From positions 15,996,001 through 16,060,000 of the forward strand of contig NC_043000.1 in the NCBI RefSeq assembly GCF_006345805.1: a stretch of DNA of 64,000 nt. The letters run 5' to 3'. This document shows, one piece after another, positions 35,239 to 49,758 of this stretch. The DNA comes from Octopus sinensis. Taxonomy: Eukaryota. How positions within the stretch are numbered: the stretch's first letter is position 1; the number at the start of each line of letters is the position of its first letter. The translations under genes were made by a program, and so were the position numbers. The notes under the pieces are model-generated. The model did no database searches and was not told the origin of the DNA. It saw nothing but the letters and a program-made list of their open reading frames with translations.

Positions 35239-35570
35239 GCGTGGCTCAGTGGTTAGAGTGTCAGGCTCACAGGAATGAGGTTGAGAGTTTGATTCCCGGA
35301 CCAGGCCATGTGTTATATTCTTGAGCAAGACACTTTATTTCACGTTGCTCCAGTTCACTCAGCTGTAGAAATGAGTTGCTATGTCACTGGGGCCAAGCTG
35401 TATCAGCCCCTTTTGCCTTTCCCTTGGATAACACCAGTGGCATGGAGAGTGGAAGCTAGTATGCATGAACAAACTGCTGGTCTTCCATAAACAACCTTGC
35501 CCAGACTTGTGCCTCAGAGGGGAACTTTCTAGGTGCAATCCCATGGTCATTCATGACCGAAAGGGGTTTT
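35239..35570 (+). mobile_element. tRNA-headed SINE family E
   Basis: gtggctcagtggttagag...gtttgattccc head followed by ttgagcaagacacttt...gctccagttcactcagctg; a related segment lies near 10810-11030. Confidence 0.65.
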
Positions 35571-36507
35571 TACTTTATCTCTTTCTCAACACATCTAAAA
35601 ATCTAAAAGATTATCCAGAGACCAAATCTGCCACCAATTCGCTAAATGGTTTTATGCACAAGAAGAAAGATAAACAAGATGACAGTTCCTATAAAGCAAA
35701 ATTAAATTAGGTTTTCTCTCCATAAAAACCATAGTTACCACTGTAAATATGCTTTCATTTTTTTTTTTTTTTCAGTGAAATTAACATAATGCTTTTACAA
35801 TATTCAAGAAAATTACAATTTCCAAATTTAGAATAAATCCTAGAATTGACAATTAAAGTTCAAAAGAAATTTAATTACAGAAAGCAGTGATTCCAAAACA
35901 TGTTCAAACCCACCCTGAACCTCACTTGATTCCATAAACCAGAACCTGTACTCCATTAAAAGGCATTGTTCTGAACTCTATGGTTTGAAAATTTCTATGG
36001 AATATGGTAATACAATAAAATTCAAAACAGTCGCAATTAATTACACAATGAAGTTAAGATCTAATCACAATTAATTTCACAAACTTAATGAACTTGCTTC
36101 AGTAATACTGACTTCCAGCAGAGTGACAAACATTCACCAAACCTTAGACACCAATGCTTCACTGCATATGAAACCAACAAGGAAACCTTTATATGTTACT
36201 CAAATGGATACAAATAGCAGCTAAATCTCCCTCAAACCATACACTGGATAAATGAGAGGACATTCACTTCCAGTGGTTTTATTTTATTTTATTTTATTAT
36301 TATTATTGAGTGAGAGGGCAGTGCATGCCATCAAAGTGACACTGGGGTAAAATATACGAAGCCCAGTATACCCATCATGACTACTCGTCTGATAAGGGTA
36401 CACCAGGCACATGCATCACATAACCGTGCAGGTGGGGCCCAGTTAGAATTTTCTTCAGATCGAGTAACCCATCCCACTCAAAAGGTCCCTGAATAAGGGT
36501 TGTTTAA

Positions 36508-36728
36508 CCCTTTAGTGTTCACATTATTCTGCCAAAATTAAAGCTTTTTCATCCACATTGTTTTGAATTAATCATGCATTATCTTGTAGCTATGAGATTT
36601 TGATGAGGTAGCTGTTAATTTTTAAAACGACATTGTAGGGTTGGTGTGAGAGACCAGATCTGGTCAGTTTGAACATAAAACAGGCAGAATACTTTTGGCC
36701 GGATATGGCCGGTTTAAATGCTAAAGGG
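36508..36728. mobile_element. 221-bp piggyBac-like MITE with TTAA TSD
   Basis: TTAA-CCCTTTAG...CTAAAGGG-TTAA, interrupting another repeat (about 36305-36820). Confidence 0.85.
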
Positions 36729-38126
36729 TTAAGGATGTTGAACGAAATGCCCATGTTTCCAGAGGTGAATTATTCAAACCCCAAAGAATCCCTCAACACA
36801 TGGCTATGATGCCTTCCCCCCGTCGTCAGCGGCGGCGTCATCATCATCATCATCATCATAAAATGCCTGCTTGATCAGGCCTGAATAGGGACTTGACAAC
36901 AATAACTACTTCACTGCAAAGAATATATACACTCTATAATGAATATATGAAATATATTAATGGGTATCCAGTTATATTATCATTTCTTCAGTTGTAACTC
37001 AGTATCAGTAATTCCACTGCCTTTTTGATATGGATAGCAACACAATGCATGGCTCTTTGAAAACTGCTAGTATAATGAAATGATAGAGCCATTATGCAGT
37101 AGCTCAGCTGTCAAAAAAAAAAGACCCCAAATCTCCCTCCGATCATTCCCTTTAGCATTCAGATTATTTTTTTCAAATGTAATGCTTGGTTTCTACAGCT
37201 GAATGCCCTTCCTAACATCAACCACTTTACAGAGTGTGCTGGGTGCTCTTACTTGGCACCTCCACAAGTGCTTCACACAACCAGAAGGATCAGTCTTAAG
37301 CCGCGGAGTATGGGTCTTCTTGAGTTTCAGTGTTTAATTTGATATTTTTCATGAATACTGCTTGCCACAGCCTGCCTAACAGACAAATAGGTATCCCTAT
37401 AACTTTTTTGTTGAGTAATAAGGAAGGAAATGAAATTAACGAGAAAAACAAAAAAAAAAGCAATCCCTATCTTATAATCTTATAATTGTTACCCAGGGAA
37501 AAAAAGGATACTAAAAGTTCTTTTTTATTAAATGAAATAAAGTTACAAATAATTGAGTAAACAAAATAATTGTTATTCAATATTTTCCATTTTAATATTA
37601 ATGATATTTACACTTAATCCATTGGTGATGAGGTCTACTGATATGCATTCATCATCATCATCATTATTATTATTATTATTATTATTATTTTAACATCCAT
37701 TTTTCCATGATTGCATGAGTCAGGCAGAGATTATTGAGAGATTTTCTATGGCCAGTCCTTACTTGTTTCCAAGCTAATATTTCCCTTTGGCCAGATATGG
37801 TTTTTCAGAATGTTAAAATTCATTTACAATAATCTCATAATGTCAAGACAAGGGAACACATACAAACAACACCCACATACGATCGTTTAGTTTCTCTCTA
37901 CCAAATCCACTCACAAAGCTTTGGTCAGCCTGTGGTTACAATGAGCGGTACTAGGGTAAGGTGCCATGTAATGGGACTGAACCGAAAACCTCGTGGTTGA
38001 GAAGTAGACTTTTTAACCACACAGGCTTGCCTGCACCTTATGAGCTACAAAAAGAATAAAAGTGCTTAAAATATTTAATATCTGAACTGCAATTGATCAA
38101 GGAAAATATATATAAATATATATTCT

Positions 38127-38357
38127 TATTTCTTTACTGCCCACAAGGGGCTATACACTGAGGGGACAAACAAGGACAGACAAGGGGATTAAGTCGATTA
38201 CATCGACCCCAGTGTGAAACTGATACTTTATTTATCGACCCCGAAAGGATGAAAGGCAAAGTCGACCTCGGCGGAATTTGAACTCAGAACATAGCAACAG
38301 ACGAAATAACGCTAAGCATTTCGCCCGGCTTACTAACATTTCTGCCAGCTCGCCGCC
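38127..38357 (-). mobile_element. SINE family B, full length
   Basis: Matches the 29206 copy in reverse complement. Confidence 0.85.
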
Positions 38358-39294
38358 TTATTTTCCTATATATATATCTCGTACCGGTGGCACGTAAAAA
38401 GCACCATCCGTTCGTGTCCGTTGCCAGCCTCGCCTGGCCCCCGTGCCGGTGGCACATAAAAAGCACCATCCATTCGTGGCCGTTTGCCAGCTCTGTCTGG
38501 CCCCTGTGCGGGTGGCACGTAAAAAGCACCCACTACACTCACGGAGTGGTTGGCGTTAGGAAGGGCATCCAGCCGTAGAAACACTGCCAGATCTGACTGG
38601 GCCTGATGAAGCCTTCCGGTTCACAGACCCCAGTTGAACCGTCCAACCCATGCTAGCATGGAAAACGGACGCTAAACGATGATGATGATGATTAGAGAAA
38701 AGATCTTGCTACGTATTCTCTTTAGCACAAAAAATGGTTAGCATAAAGCAGGTTAAAACAGAAAGAAACACTGAGTAATCAGCTTGATTGATTTAATTGA
38801 ACTTTCATGATGATGATGATGATGATAATGAAGGAGGCATTTAGGAAAATAACTTGTTTTTTTTTAAATTTTATTAAGCTGGTGTTTGGAACAATATAAT
38901 GAATGGTACTCGCATGAAATGACAATAGGTTTTAATTCAATCATTTTGATACCAAACCACCTGAGACTACCTCTTGTTTTTCTAACACAAAACTGCCTAT
39001 TTTTAAAGTGTTTGTACTAAAATTAAAATATCCCAACATGATTATCTAAGAACCTTTTGTAAGATTACATTCCAAATATTAGTTTAATAATGAAAATAAA
39101 AAGATATAATAAATCCTTTCAAATACTTCATTCGTTTCAAAATTAATTGAAACTCAGAGCCAGTGTATTTCATTACAAATATAGAGATGAAAGGGTTAAT
39201 TAAGAATTCTTTGAAACAGATTTGAAAGGCAATCTCAGGTAGGTTACATTTAAAGGGCTAAGATTTTTCACAACTTGTATTTTCTCAGAACATA

Positions 39295-39506
39295 CTCTAC
39301 TCTTTTACTTGTTTCAGTCATTTGACTGCGGCCATGCTGGAGCATCGCCTTTAGTCGAGCAAATTGACTCCAGGATTTATTCTTTGTAAGCCTAGTATTT
39401 ATTCTATCAGTCTCTTTTGCCAAACCACTAAGTGATGGAGATGTAAACACACTAGTATCAGTTGTCAAGCGATATTGGGGGGACAAACACAGGCACACAA
39501 ACACAC

Positions 39507-39537
<31 letters not shown>

Positions 39538-39704
39538 CATATGATGGGTTTCTTTCAGTTTCCGTCTACCAAATCCATTCACAAGGCTTTGGTCGGCCCG
39601 AGGCTATAGTAGAAGACACTTGCCCAAGGTGCCACGCAGTGGGACTGAACCCGGAACCATGTGGTTGGTAAGCAAGCTACTTACCACACAGCAACTCCTA
39701 TGCC
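39295..39704 (-). mobile_element. SINE family A, full length
   Basis: Reverse complement of the 17537 copy. Confidence 0.85.
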
Positions 39705-41339
39705 TTTTTTTTTTCTTTTTAATCAATTTTATCTATTTGATAGTTTCCTATATTTCTATCTCCATCCTAACATGCTTACTATTTTAGATTTATTTTTAGG
39801 GTTTTATGTAGCCAATTCCATAGAGTATTTGCTTGCCAATCAAAAAAAGTATCAATTCAGATACCTACAGTGGCAGGGGCCTGTGTTCTTTTAACTGTCA
39901 ATGCACAACTCTCCCTAACTGTAAATAGAAGGATTGCACAAATAGATGGATGCTATGCATGTGACATGTTTTGCTAGTTTTCAATACTGACATTAACTCT
40001 TTAGCATTCAGATTACCCTGTCAAATGTAATACATATTTATCCAAGTTGTATTGAATTAATCATGAATTATTTCATAGCTTTGAGATTCTGATGATGTGA
40101 TTGTTTATTTTTAGAATGACATTGTAGGGTAGGTATAAGAGGCTGGATTTAGTCAGTTTGAACATAAAAGAAGGTAGAATATTTAGGCTAAATATGACAA
40201 GTTTAAATGGTAAAGTGTTAAATCCTTTTTGTATGCTTCAAGAAAACATAGCAAACTCTATCAATATATTTCTCTTGAATTCAATAGTTGAATTCAACAA
40301 GACAGAATTCAATGGAGACCCAATAATCTAATAGTGAAGTAAGTGCTAATTTACTTAACCAATTTATTACCATATTTCTGTTGAAATATATTGCCTTTAT
40401 TTTAATTAATTTTGAAAATGAAGAATTTAGTAAAATAACTTTGTCGTTATTAAGCTGGTGTATGGAACAAAACTCAGCATGAAATCATGATGGAAGTCTT
40501 TAATTTAGATCACTTCAAAAGAATGAAGTTTGTATCGCAGAACCAGGAGCAGTTGCAGACAGATTGGTAACAGAAAAGTAAACGTAGAGAGCAATATGAT
40601 TTAGCAAATAGAGACTATACTGCTATTGAAGAAAGATATTGAACAATTATTGAATATAATTGAACAAATTAGCTAAACAAAAGTGCAAAAATTCAAAATG
40701 AAAATAATAATTTCTAATTTTCAAATGAGTTGTCACATTCAGTCCCAGTTAATTAAAACTAAAAGTAGGTGAGGTTGACTTTGCCTTTCATCCTTTCGGG
40801 GTCGATAAATAAAGTACCAGTTATGCACTGGGGTCGATGTAATCAACTTAATCCGTTTGTCCTCTCTGTGTATAGCCCCTTGTGGGTAGTAAAGAAATAG
40901 GTAATACAGTGAAGGGAAGGCTATATGATCTCTAGCAGACACAATGAAAACCCTGGACATATTTTGGTCTTACAGGATCTTCTGAGTGAAGCAAAGTTGT
41001 TCATGTATCTGCTACACCAAATCTCTCTCTCTCCTTCTCTCTCATGTTCAATTCAGGATCTCACGGATATACTACACCAATTCCTCACACACATCAGGGG
41101 CTATTTACAACTAAATGTCACCACTCTGTTCTATTCGTACGGCGAGTGAAGAGGATGTCACCGTTATCCTTTCCTCCTTTCTAGTCAGCACCGTGCATTC
41201 CTTACTCTTTCCCTCCCTTCTATACTATCAACTAGCAACCAACTCCTTCACCCCATCTACTCTCCTAATTTATGGTCATCCCCTTTCTCTTCAACCTTTA
41301 GTTTATCCTAATAAAATTCTCCTTTCAATGCCATCTACC

Positions 41340-41950
41340 CTTATAATATAACCAAAGAATTTTAACCTTTATTTCACAATTAATACTTCCAAAGCACTCT
41401 CAGGTTTCACTTGATCTGTATGTTCACCCATTGATGATAATCTCAACAATCATCTCCAACACTCCATTTCAAATGTTTCAATTTTCATTCTATGTTATTT
41501 GTCAAGCTTTCAGTTCATACATTAATGATGTAACACTGCTCTTAATCTCTGCCTTGTTGTTTGAAAAATTGTCTTATCTATCATATTTTTCTGTAGCCTC
41601 ATCACAGCAGCCTTCTTAAGAACTATTCTTTTAATTCCATTTGAGCATCTGTTTCTTTCAGCCTTTAAATCCACTTTCACTTTCACTATCTGACCTCGGT
41701 CTTAAATTCCTTTAAATTTGAAGTTGACATAACTTTAGTAGTTTATATTTTCTTTCTTTCATTCATTATGTTTTAGTCTAGCCAACGTGTGCACTTTTCT
41801 TTCCTTTTCCAGCATTCTTCTCAGACCCTCTTCATTAGCAGCCAACAAGGCCGACAATTGTCAATTGCCAGTCCTGCCATTTTAACCCCTTTCATCTCAC
41901 CTAATCTCTCTTTCCTCATGATATTTTTACTGTTGCTGTATAGAGGAACA
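41340..41950 (-). mobile_element. Degraded RTE/BovB-like LINE fragment
   Basis: KIETFEMECWR*LLRL resembles the RTE motif IEAFEMWCWRRLLRI. Confidence 0.55.
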
Positions 41951-43900
41951 TATGCAACATAATGGAGCCCTTTTACTCAGTTGTAAACCACTGTGTCCCT
42001 AAATTCTGTTCTTGCTTTTTAGATTCTTGATCTGAAAAACTAAATATACTGATGGAACCATTTTTTTTTCAGCCATGTCCATGATTATAGCAAAAACTTT
42101 ACTGTAATCAATGCAAGCACAAGTAGACCTCTTTGCAGTATTCCCAAGATGTTTCTATTATCCAACTACAGTTTGTTTGTTTTTGTTGGGGGTTTTTTTT
42201 GGGGGGGGGGGGATTATTCAATTGCTTGTTCCTTTAATTTTCTGCAAGCATCATGTTTTACAGCCAATTTCCTTCCTGATATATGCTGAAGCCAGTTTTG
42301 AATAATTTTCAAAACAGTTTTGCTTGGCTAGGATATGAAGAAAATTGCCTTATAATTATTGCATTCTTGCAAGCACTCTTTCTTTAGAGTGAAGATATTT
42401 TAGATATATATGGAGTTCTGTACAGCAAATGATATGTCCAGTAGTTACGCCATTAGGATCTATTCCATCTCAGTCACAGATTTTTTAAATTAATTTTTTT
42501 AAACTAAACAGTTTGAAACTTCGAATACTGGTAGAATTTCTCACATAGAACACGGTTTACTCTGAACATTTTTGGCAAAATTTCATGTTTTAGAAGTTAT
42601 TTCATGTTAAAGTTGTCATATTTGGATAATTTCAACCAATTAACAACGTGTATTCAATTGAAGAAAGCTACTGCTGTTTGTGAAAGTAATCAAAGAGGAA
42701 CAACTTCCGGTCATCTCTACTAAATGTCACCACTCTGTTCTATTCGTATGGCAAGCGAAGAGAATGTCACCATTATCTTTTCTTCCTTTCTAGTCAGCAC
42801 CGTGCATTCCTTACTCTTTCCCTCTCTTCTACACTATCAACTAGCAACTAACAAACGAACTTGTCACTGCCACTACAATTACCATATTTTCTGGTGTATA
42901 AGCTGCTATTTGTTTACCTTCATGTTTTGATAATGTTATTTTTTATCTAATAAAGACTTTTGTATTGACGAAATGTGTTTGTTGTTGGTTATATTAAGAT
43001 AAAATCATAACAATAATAATACATCTCATAGTCATTTTACTGTCTGTTGTATAAAAGATTAGAATTTAAAACCAAACACAACATTTAGCTCTTTCTTCTT
43101 CAACTAAGCTAAACATCTGAAATTTTCAATTCTCAGAACTTCCCAAACTGGAAATAATGAATAGAATTTTAAAAAAGTAGCAAACTGTTTTTTATTCAAA
43201 TTTCTATTTTTCCATGCTTGCTCCACATAGGTCAGATGGAATTTGTTGAGGCTGATTTTCTATAGTCTGATGCCCTTCCTGTTGCCAACCCTTACTTGTT
43301 TCCGAGGTAATATCCTTTCATGACAAAACATGAAACATAGGACACTGCTTGCATGACATGGGCACTCATTTACAACTATGGTGCCCAGTCAAAGTAAGAA
43401 GACAGTAACACAGACACACACACATATATAGATATCATCATCATTATCATCGTTTAACGTCCACTTTCCATGCTAGCATGGGTAGGACAATTTGACTGAG
43501 GTTTGGCAAACCAGATGGCTGCACCAGACACCAGTCTGATCTGGCAGTGTTTCTACAGCTGGATGCCCTTCCTAACGCCAACCACTCCGAGAGAGTAGTG
43601 GGTGCTTTTACGTGCCACCGGCATGAGGGCCAGTCAGGCAGTACTGGCAATGGCCATGCTCAAATGGTGCCTTTTATGTGCCACCTGAACAGGAGCCAGT
43701 CCAGCGGTACTGGCAACAACCTCACGTTTTTTCATGTGCCACCAGCACAAGTGCTAGTAAGGCGACACAGGTAACGATCACACTTGAATGGTGTTTTTAA
43801 CATGCCATCGGCACAGAGGCCAGCTTGTTGCTCTGGCAACGATTTCACGTATATATGTATAGACACACACACACACACAAACAAAAACACCCACACTATA

Positions 43901-44138
43901 CACAGGTTGGCCCAAAAGTAGGTTTACAGTTATCACATAGGCACTTTAAATATCTTTTAAAACATTTTATTACATTTAAATTTCTATCTTACAAACTGAA
44001 AAGGGAGCTTGACAAAATTAACTGAATTAGCATAGATTAATGGTTTCATATTTTTTTTATAATTAAGATCTAAACTGTTAATATATGAATGTGAAAGAGA
44101 TAGTTGAATAACTGTAAACCTACTTTTGGGCCATCATG
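43901..44138. mobile_element. Tc1/mariner-type MITE
   Basis: TA-cacaggttggcccaaaagtaggtttacagtt ... aactgtaaacctacttttgggccatcatg-TA. Confidence 0.8.
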
Positions 44139-44152
44139 TACATGTGTATATA

Positions 44153-45166
44153 CTAGCTTAAAAGCTGCCCGATAGGGGTTTGTTGGAATTGTTTCCTCCA
44201 GAGTCATATCCCAATGATAATCGTATGTGTCACAAAAAATCATGTAAAAAAAAAATTGCCAAAAACAATCGCAATAATGAAAACATAGGAATCCAAAATT
44301 TCAGGATTGCAGGTCTGGATTCGGCCCAGAATGTTTTTAATTTACCCATAGAGTTAGCCTTTAGATTATGAAAATTGTTATTGTACTAAAAAATTTGTCC
44401 CCAAAAAATGCGTAGGAAAAAAAAAAAAAAAATTGCTGAAAACAATCACAGTAATGAAAACCTGGGAATCCAAAATTTCAGGATTGTGGGTCCAGATTCA
44501 CCCAGAATGTTTTTAATTTACTCATGGAGTCAGCCTGATTCCAAAATGGTATGATATGTTGGAATACGGCCTCTAGGAGTAAAGTTTAAAAAGTGTGACA
44601 TACTGACATTGATAGAATTGTTAGCACGTCAGGCGAAATGCTTAGCGGTATTTCATCTGCTGTTAGGTTTTTAGTTCAAATTCCGCAGAGGTAAACTCTG
44701 CCTTTCATCCTTTTGGGGTTGATGAAATTAGTAAAAGTTACATACTGGGGTCAATGTAATTGACTTAATCCCTTCCCTCAAAATTTGAGGCCTTGTGTTT
44801 CCAGTAGAAAGGGTTTATTAAAGTTGAAAAAGTGTGACACACATTCACATTTATTATATTAGATATGTTTAATTTGGGGGAAGCTTTATTTCAATTAAAG
44901 TGTATTTTATATGTGTGTGTGTATTAAAGAAAGCAAAACATAAAACAAAAATTATAGTGTTCAGTATGTTGGCCACAAGAATTTCTGTTAAAGAAACATG
45001 GTTAAACAAAGTTGTACATAGTCTCTCACTCTTTCTCTCACATACCCACTCTTTCTCTCTCTCTTTTATTATTACTTCCACTGCCACCATCAACACTTCT
45101 ACTTTTAATAAAACATCAACTCTCCCTAAATTTCTTTGTCTCTCTTTCTCTCCCTCTCTGTTCCTT

Positions 45167-45197
<31 letters not shown>

Positions 45198-45342
45198 TTG
45201 CCACTGCCCTCACCATCGTTATGCCTACTATTACTCTCACCCCATCATGAGGAATAGTAAGAGTGTCATTGAATAGTGAGAGAGGGGTCTTAATGTGACA
45301 CACTGACACACAGAAATTAGTTTACACATTTATTATATTAGA
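44153..45342 (-). mobile_element. Helitron-like element with duplicated 5' end, internal tandem duplication and SINE insertion
   Basis: Minus-strand A|TCtaatataataaatgtg at 45342 and again at 44863; CTAG|T at 44153. Confidence 0.55.
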
Positions 45343-46231
45343 TAGATGTATGTATCTATATATGACAGGATTCTTTTAGTTACAGTCTACCAAATCCATT
45401 CACAAGGCTTTGATCAGCCTAAAGGCTATAGAAGACACTTGCCCAAAGTGCCATACAGTAAAACTGAATCTGAAATCATGTGGTTGGAAAGCAAGCATCT
45501 TACCACACAGCCACACCCATATTTATTTCAGAGTCACTGGAAAAATATCAAAAAAGTGGAAAAAGAAAAAGCAAAGAAAAAGTAAAGAATAATCCTTTGA
45601 AAGATAAAAGATGTTTTTCTGAATAACTTATTAGTTCTGAATTCCAATCTGAAGTATATTTTCACTTGCTATTATATCCTGACATGGTTACTTTATGACT
45701 TGATTTGTTTTCTTGTCATCTCAAGGTTATTTAAATGTCGGATAGACTTAAAGAGCTTCTAACTAGGATATTTTCCTCAAGCTTTTCAATAAGAAGGATA
45801 TTGTATAAGATCTATCTAGTGATATCATGGGCTAGGTCAAACACTAAGGATTAAGAATTAAGATATATTAACCTACAGCAACATTGATGGTAATGTTGCA
45901 GGCCTTTTTTTTTTGGAAAATAAATGACAGATTGGAGATGGTTGTTTGATGTGATGCACGAGAGATTGTCTCTGATTCTTACAATAAAAATCAAAGCATT
46001 AGATCATTAAAATAAAATCAAAATGTCCGCATCAATTTTAGAGAAGAAACAACAATGAAATGTTGTGACATATCCATCTTTCCCAAAGGCATTAACAATG
46101 TAAGTGATGCAGAATCAGTTTCAAATGACAACTAAAACTCAAGTTATTCAGGAAAATAACACCAATACAAAAAAAAAAGTGTGTGTGTGTGTGTGTTGTG
46201 TACATTAACAGCAAGATATCACTAATGTGTA

Positions 46232-46263
<32 letters not shown>

Positions 46264-49200
46264 CATATATCATCATCATCATCATCGTTTAACGTCCGTT
46301 CTCCATGCTAGCATGGGTTGGACAGTTCGACCGGGGATCTGGGAAGCCAGAAGGCTGCACCAGGCTCCAGTCTTATCTGGCAATGTTTCTACAGCTGGAT
46401 GCCCTTCCTAACGCCAACCACTCCGTGAGTGTAGTGGGTGCTTTTTACGTGCCACCCGCACAGGTGCCGGGCGAGGCTGGCAACGGCCACGGTCGGATTG
46501 GTGCATTTTACGTGCCACCGGCATATATATACATATATACATATATATATATATATATGCCGGTGGTACGTAAAATGCACCAATCCGGAAATAAAAAGTC
46601 AAGATAGAAAATGCTAAAATAATTTTATAAAAAACATTTCAGTACCGCTTTCAGTCATTGAGACTTTTTCAACTGTAAGTATGGAAAACAATTAAATTTG
46701 GAAAAATTAAAAGAAAAGTTTTTTTTTAAAGAATATTTGTATAGTATTCAAATACAAGTGGCATTTTCCTTGTTTCTGCCTGTCTCTGTCTCTCTTGTTT
46801 ATGGTTGGATGCCCTTATATATATATAGTCCACTCTGCTGGGTGGCTGGTGTTAGGAAGAGCATCTAACCATAAAAACCATGCCAAAACAGACACAGAAG
46901 TCGAGTGCAGACTTCTGCCTGGCCACCTCCTGTCGAACTGTCCAACCCTTGCCAGCATGGAAGGCAGACATTAAAGAATGATAATGATGATATATTCTTT
47001 TATTTGTTTCAGTCATCTGACTGCAGCCATACTGGAGCACCACCTTTAGTCAAGCAAATCGACCCTAGGACTTATTCCTTGTAAGCCTAGTACTTATTCT
47101 ATTGGTCTCTTTTGCCGAACCGTTGAGTTACAGGGATGTAAACACACCAGCATCAGTTGTCAAATGAAGTTGGGTGGGGACAAACACAGACACACAAACA
47201 TATACATACATATATGACAGGCTTCTTTCAGTTTCCATCTAACAAAATCACAAGGCTTTGGTCGGCCTGAGACTATAGTAAAAGACACTTGCCCAGAAAA
47301 CATTTTTTATACATATACAACAGGCTTCTTTCACTTTCTGTCTACCAAATCCACTCACAAGATTTTGGTTGGCTTGGAGCTATATTAGACGCTATATTAG
47401 AAGTCACCCAAGAACTGTTATAGAACTGTCATCAATGTGAAATCTTAAGGGTGGTAGCCAGGGGAATGACACATAGGACAAAATCTCCAGTGATTATCAG
47501 ATAAATGTACTTTTCTGTTCTCCATGCTGAAAATCATTTCTTTGCTGTTGTTTTGTTAGTGCTGTCATAGCTGTTAGGTAAATTCCATATTTAGTTAACC
47601 CTTTGGTGTTTAAGCCAGCCATATCTGGCCCAAATATCTTACATGTTTTTACATTCAAACTGGCCATATTTAGCCTCTCACACCTAACCTACATTGACAT
47701 TCTAAGAATAAACTATCATACCATTGAAACTTCAAAGCTATAAGATAATGTATGATTAATTCAAAACGATTTGAGTGAAAAAAGTCTTACATTTAACAGG
47801 GTAATCTGAACACTAAAGGGTTAAGCTATACACAAAAATCAACAGAGAACCAGAGTGTGTTGGAGAAAGTTACATTTAGTTAAACACATAAGGGCAAGAG
47901 CCATTGGTTGACTCATACTTAGAAGAAGCCCCCTTCACTGCAGACCCACTCCCTAGCTAATCCACAGTGACGACCCTTTCTAGAGTTTGTCTGTCATAAG
48001 TCCTTGAGCAGTGCCCTCCATAGGCTCTGTTATTATAATACTTAAGCACTGAAAACCGCTCTCCAAATGGTTTTCTACCAGTTGCTAAATGATATTTCCG
48101 TATTTGATTTTCAATTTGTGCAATTTTTTTTTATTAATTTTCCTTTGTACTTTTTATTCATCTATAGCACTTGTTCACTCAGTAAATAAATTTAGGGCAC
48201 AACTACAGAAGTGTACTTTGTTGACTTTGTTTCCTCATAACTTTCTAAAATAATGGATTTTTTTTTAATGAAATTTTCTGCAGTACACTTCATATAGTGT
48301 AGATTATGATTAAACTGGAATTTGTTATGAAAACTTTTCGGAAAGTGGGGGGTGGGTGATTTTCAGATAATTTACATGCCTTGACTTTGTTTCCTCATAA
48401 CTTTCAGAAAAATGGATATTTTTTTTAATGGTATTTTCAACAAAATACCTTTCAGAAGGTGTATATAACAATTATATTGGAATTTAATGTAAAAAAAAAC
48501 AAAAACGAAAAAAGGTGGGGAGGGGCAGATATTTCACATATCTTGAGTTTGTTTTTTCATGTTCTGATGATTTAAATATGGAGTGGTTGGCGTTAGGAAG
48601 GGAATCCAGCTGTAGAAACTCTGCCAAATCAAGATTGGAGCCTGGTGCGGCCATCTGGTTTGCCAGCCCTCAGTCAAAATTGTCCAACCCATGCTAGCAT
48701 GGAAAGCGGATGTTAAACAATGATGATGATGATGTTGAAAGAAAAAAAACTGCTTTTGAAACCCACATTTAGTGTTGTGCATCACTTTCTATAAAAGATT
48801 TCTTTTTGAGAATTTTCAGCAAAGGGTGGAATAATCCTCAAAAGTAATTTTTTTCCCAACATAATTGTAATTAAATCATCAAAACATCTGAAAAATATTT
48901 GTAGAAAATTTCATTTAAAAAAACCCATTTTTCTATTTTATCTTGCAGTGAATTAAAATTGCATTGTGCTGTTGGAATCTTCAATAATAAAAAGAGATTA
49001 AAACCACATTTTGATAAAAATATAAAATTGGGATTTCTAACAATTTTCAAGAAAGTGTTGAGGTTAATAATTACTTTCTTTTAGTAAAAGTTACAAACTC
49101 ATAACTAATTAATAAGCAGCTTTCTTCATTATAGTATATATACATAAGCACTGAAGCTTCTATAAATCTTTGAATTTGCTTGTTACCACATTCCTGCCAA

Positions 49201-49366
49201 TAGTGTTTGTAAATCCCTCTCAACATCTTAAAAAAAAATTATCTTTTCAATGCCAGAAAGTGAAAAGGATATTGCAAGAGCTAAATATCAATTATTCAAT
49301 CTTTCAGAAATAGCAACTGTATTGTCCTCAAATCACACCTTACTGTCTTCAAAATAAAAGAGTACA

Positions 49367-49758
49367 TCTCTCTATATATAAAGCTGAAGTTGTCTGTGTA
49401 TGGCAGGTTTGGTAGCCTTCAACTAACACTATCTCCTCCGAGACCCTGCAGCACAAGTTGACCAAAATTGAGAGTATGATAGAAGAAGGCTTGTTCTTCA
49501 TTCCGTAGAAGAAAAAAATTCAAATCGGACCATGTTAACACCAAAAATTATTTACATCAAAAAGGTGCTTTTTTTCTATGAAAATCCCTAATTTTTACGA
49601 TTTTTTGACTGCTGTGTTGCCATTTTTTGTGTATTTCAACCAGAAAAATGTTCGCTTAAAGAGAATAACAAGCTACATAATGCAAAATTTTTACTTCTCA
49701 AAAATTCCAATTCTAAAGGGTCGAAACAAACACGAGCAACACCAGGCGATACTGCTAG
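49367..49758 (+). mobile_element. Non-autonomous Helitron, subfamily beta
   Basis: A|TC...cacgagcaacaccaggcgatactgCTAG|T. Confidence 0.8.

Noticed and set aside
49189-49228. ...TIGRNV followed by a donor-like site, as candidate APLF exon 1
   Set aside because: There is an in-frame TGA just upstream, no Met, and the GR-to-SxxH spacing would be about 3 aa shorter than in APLF.
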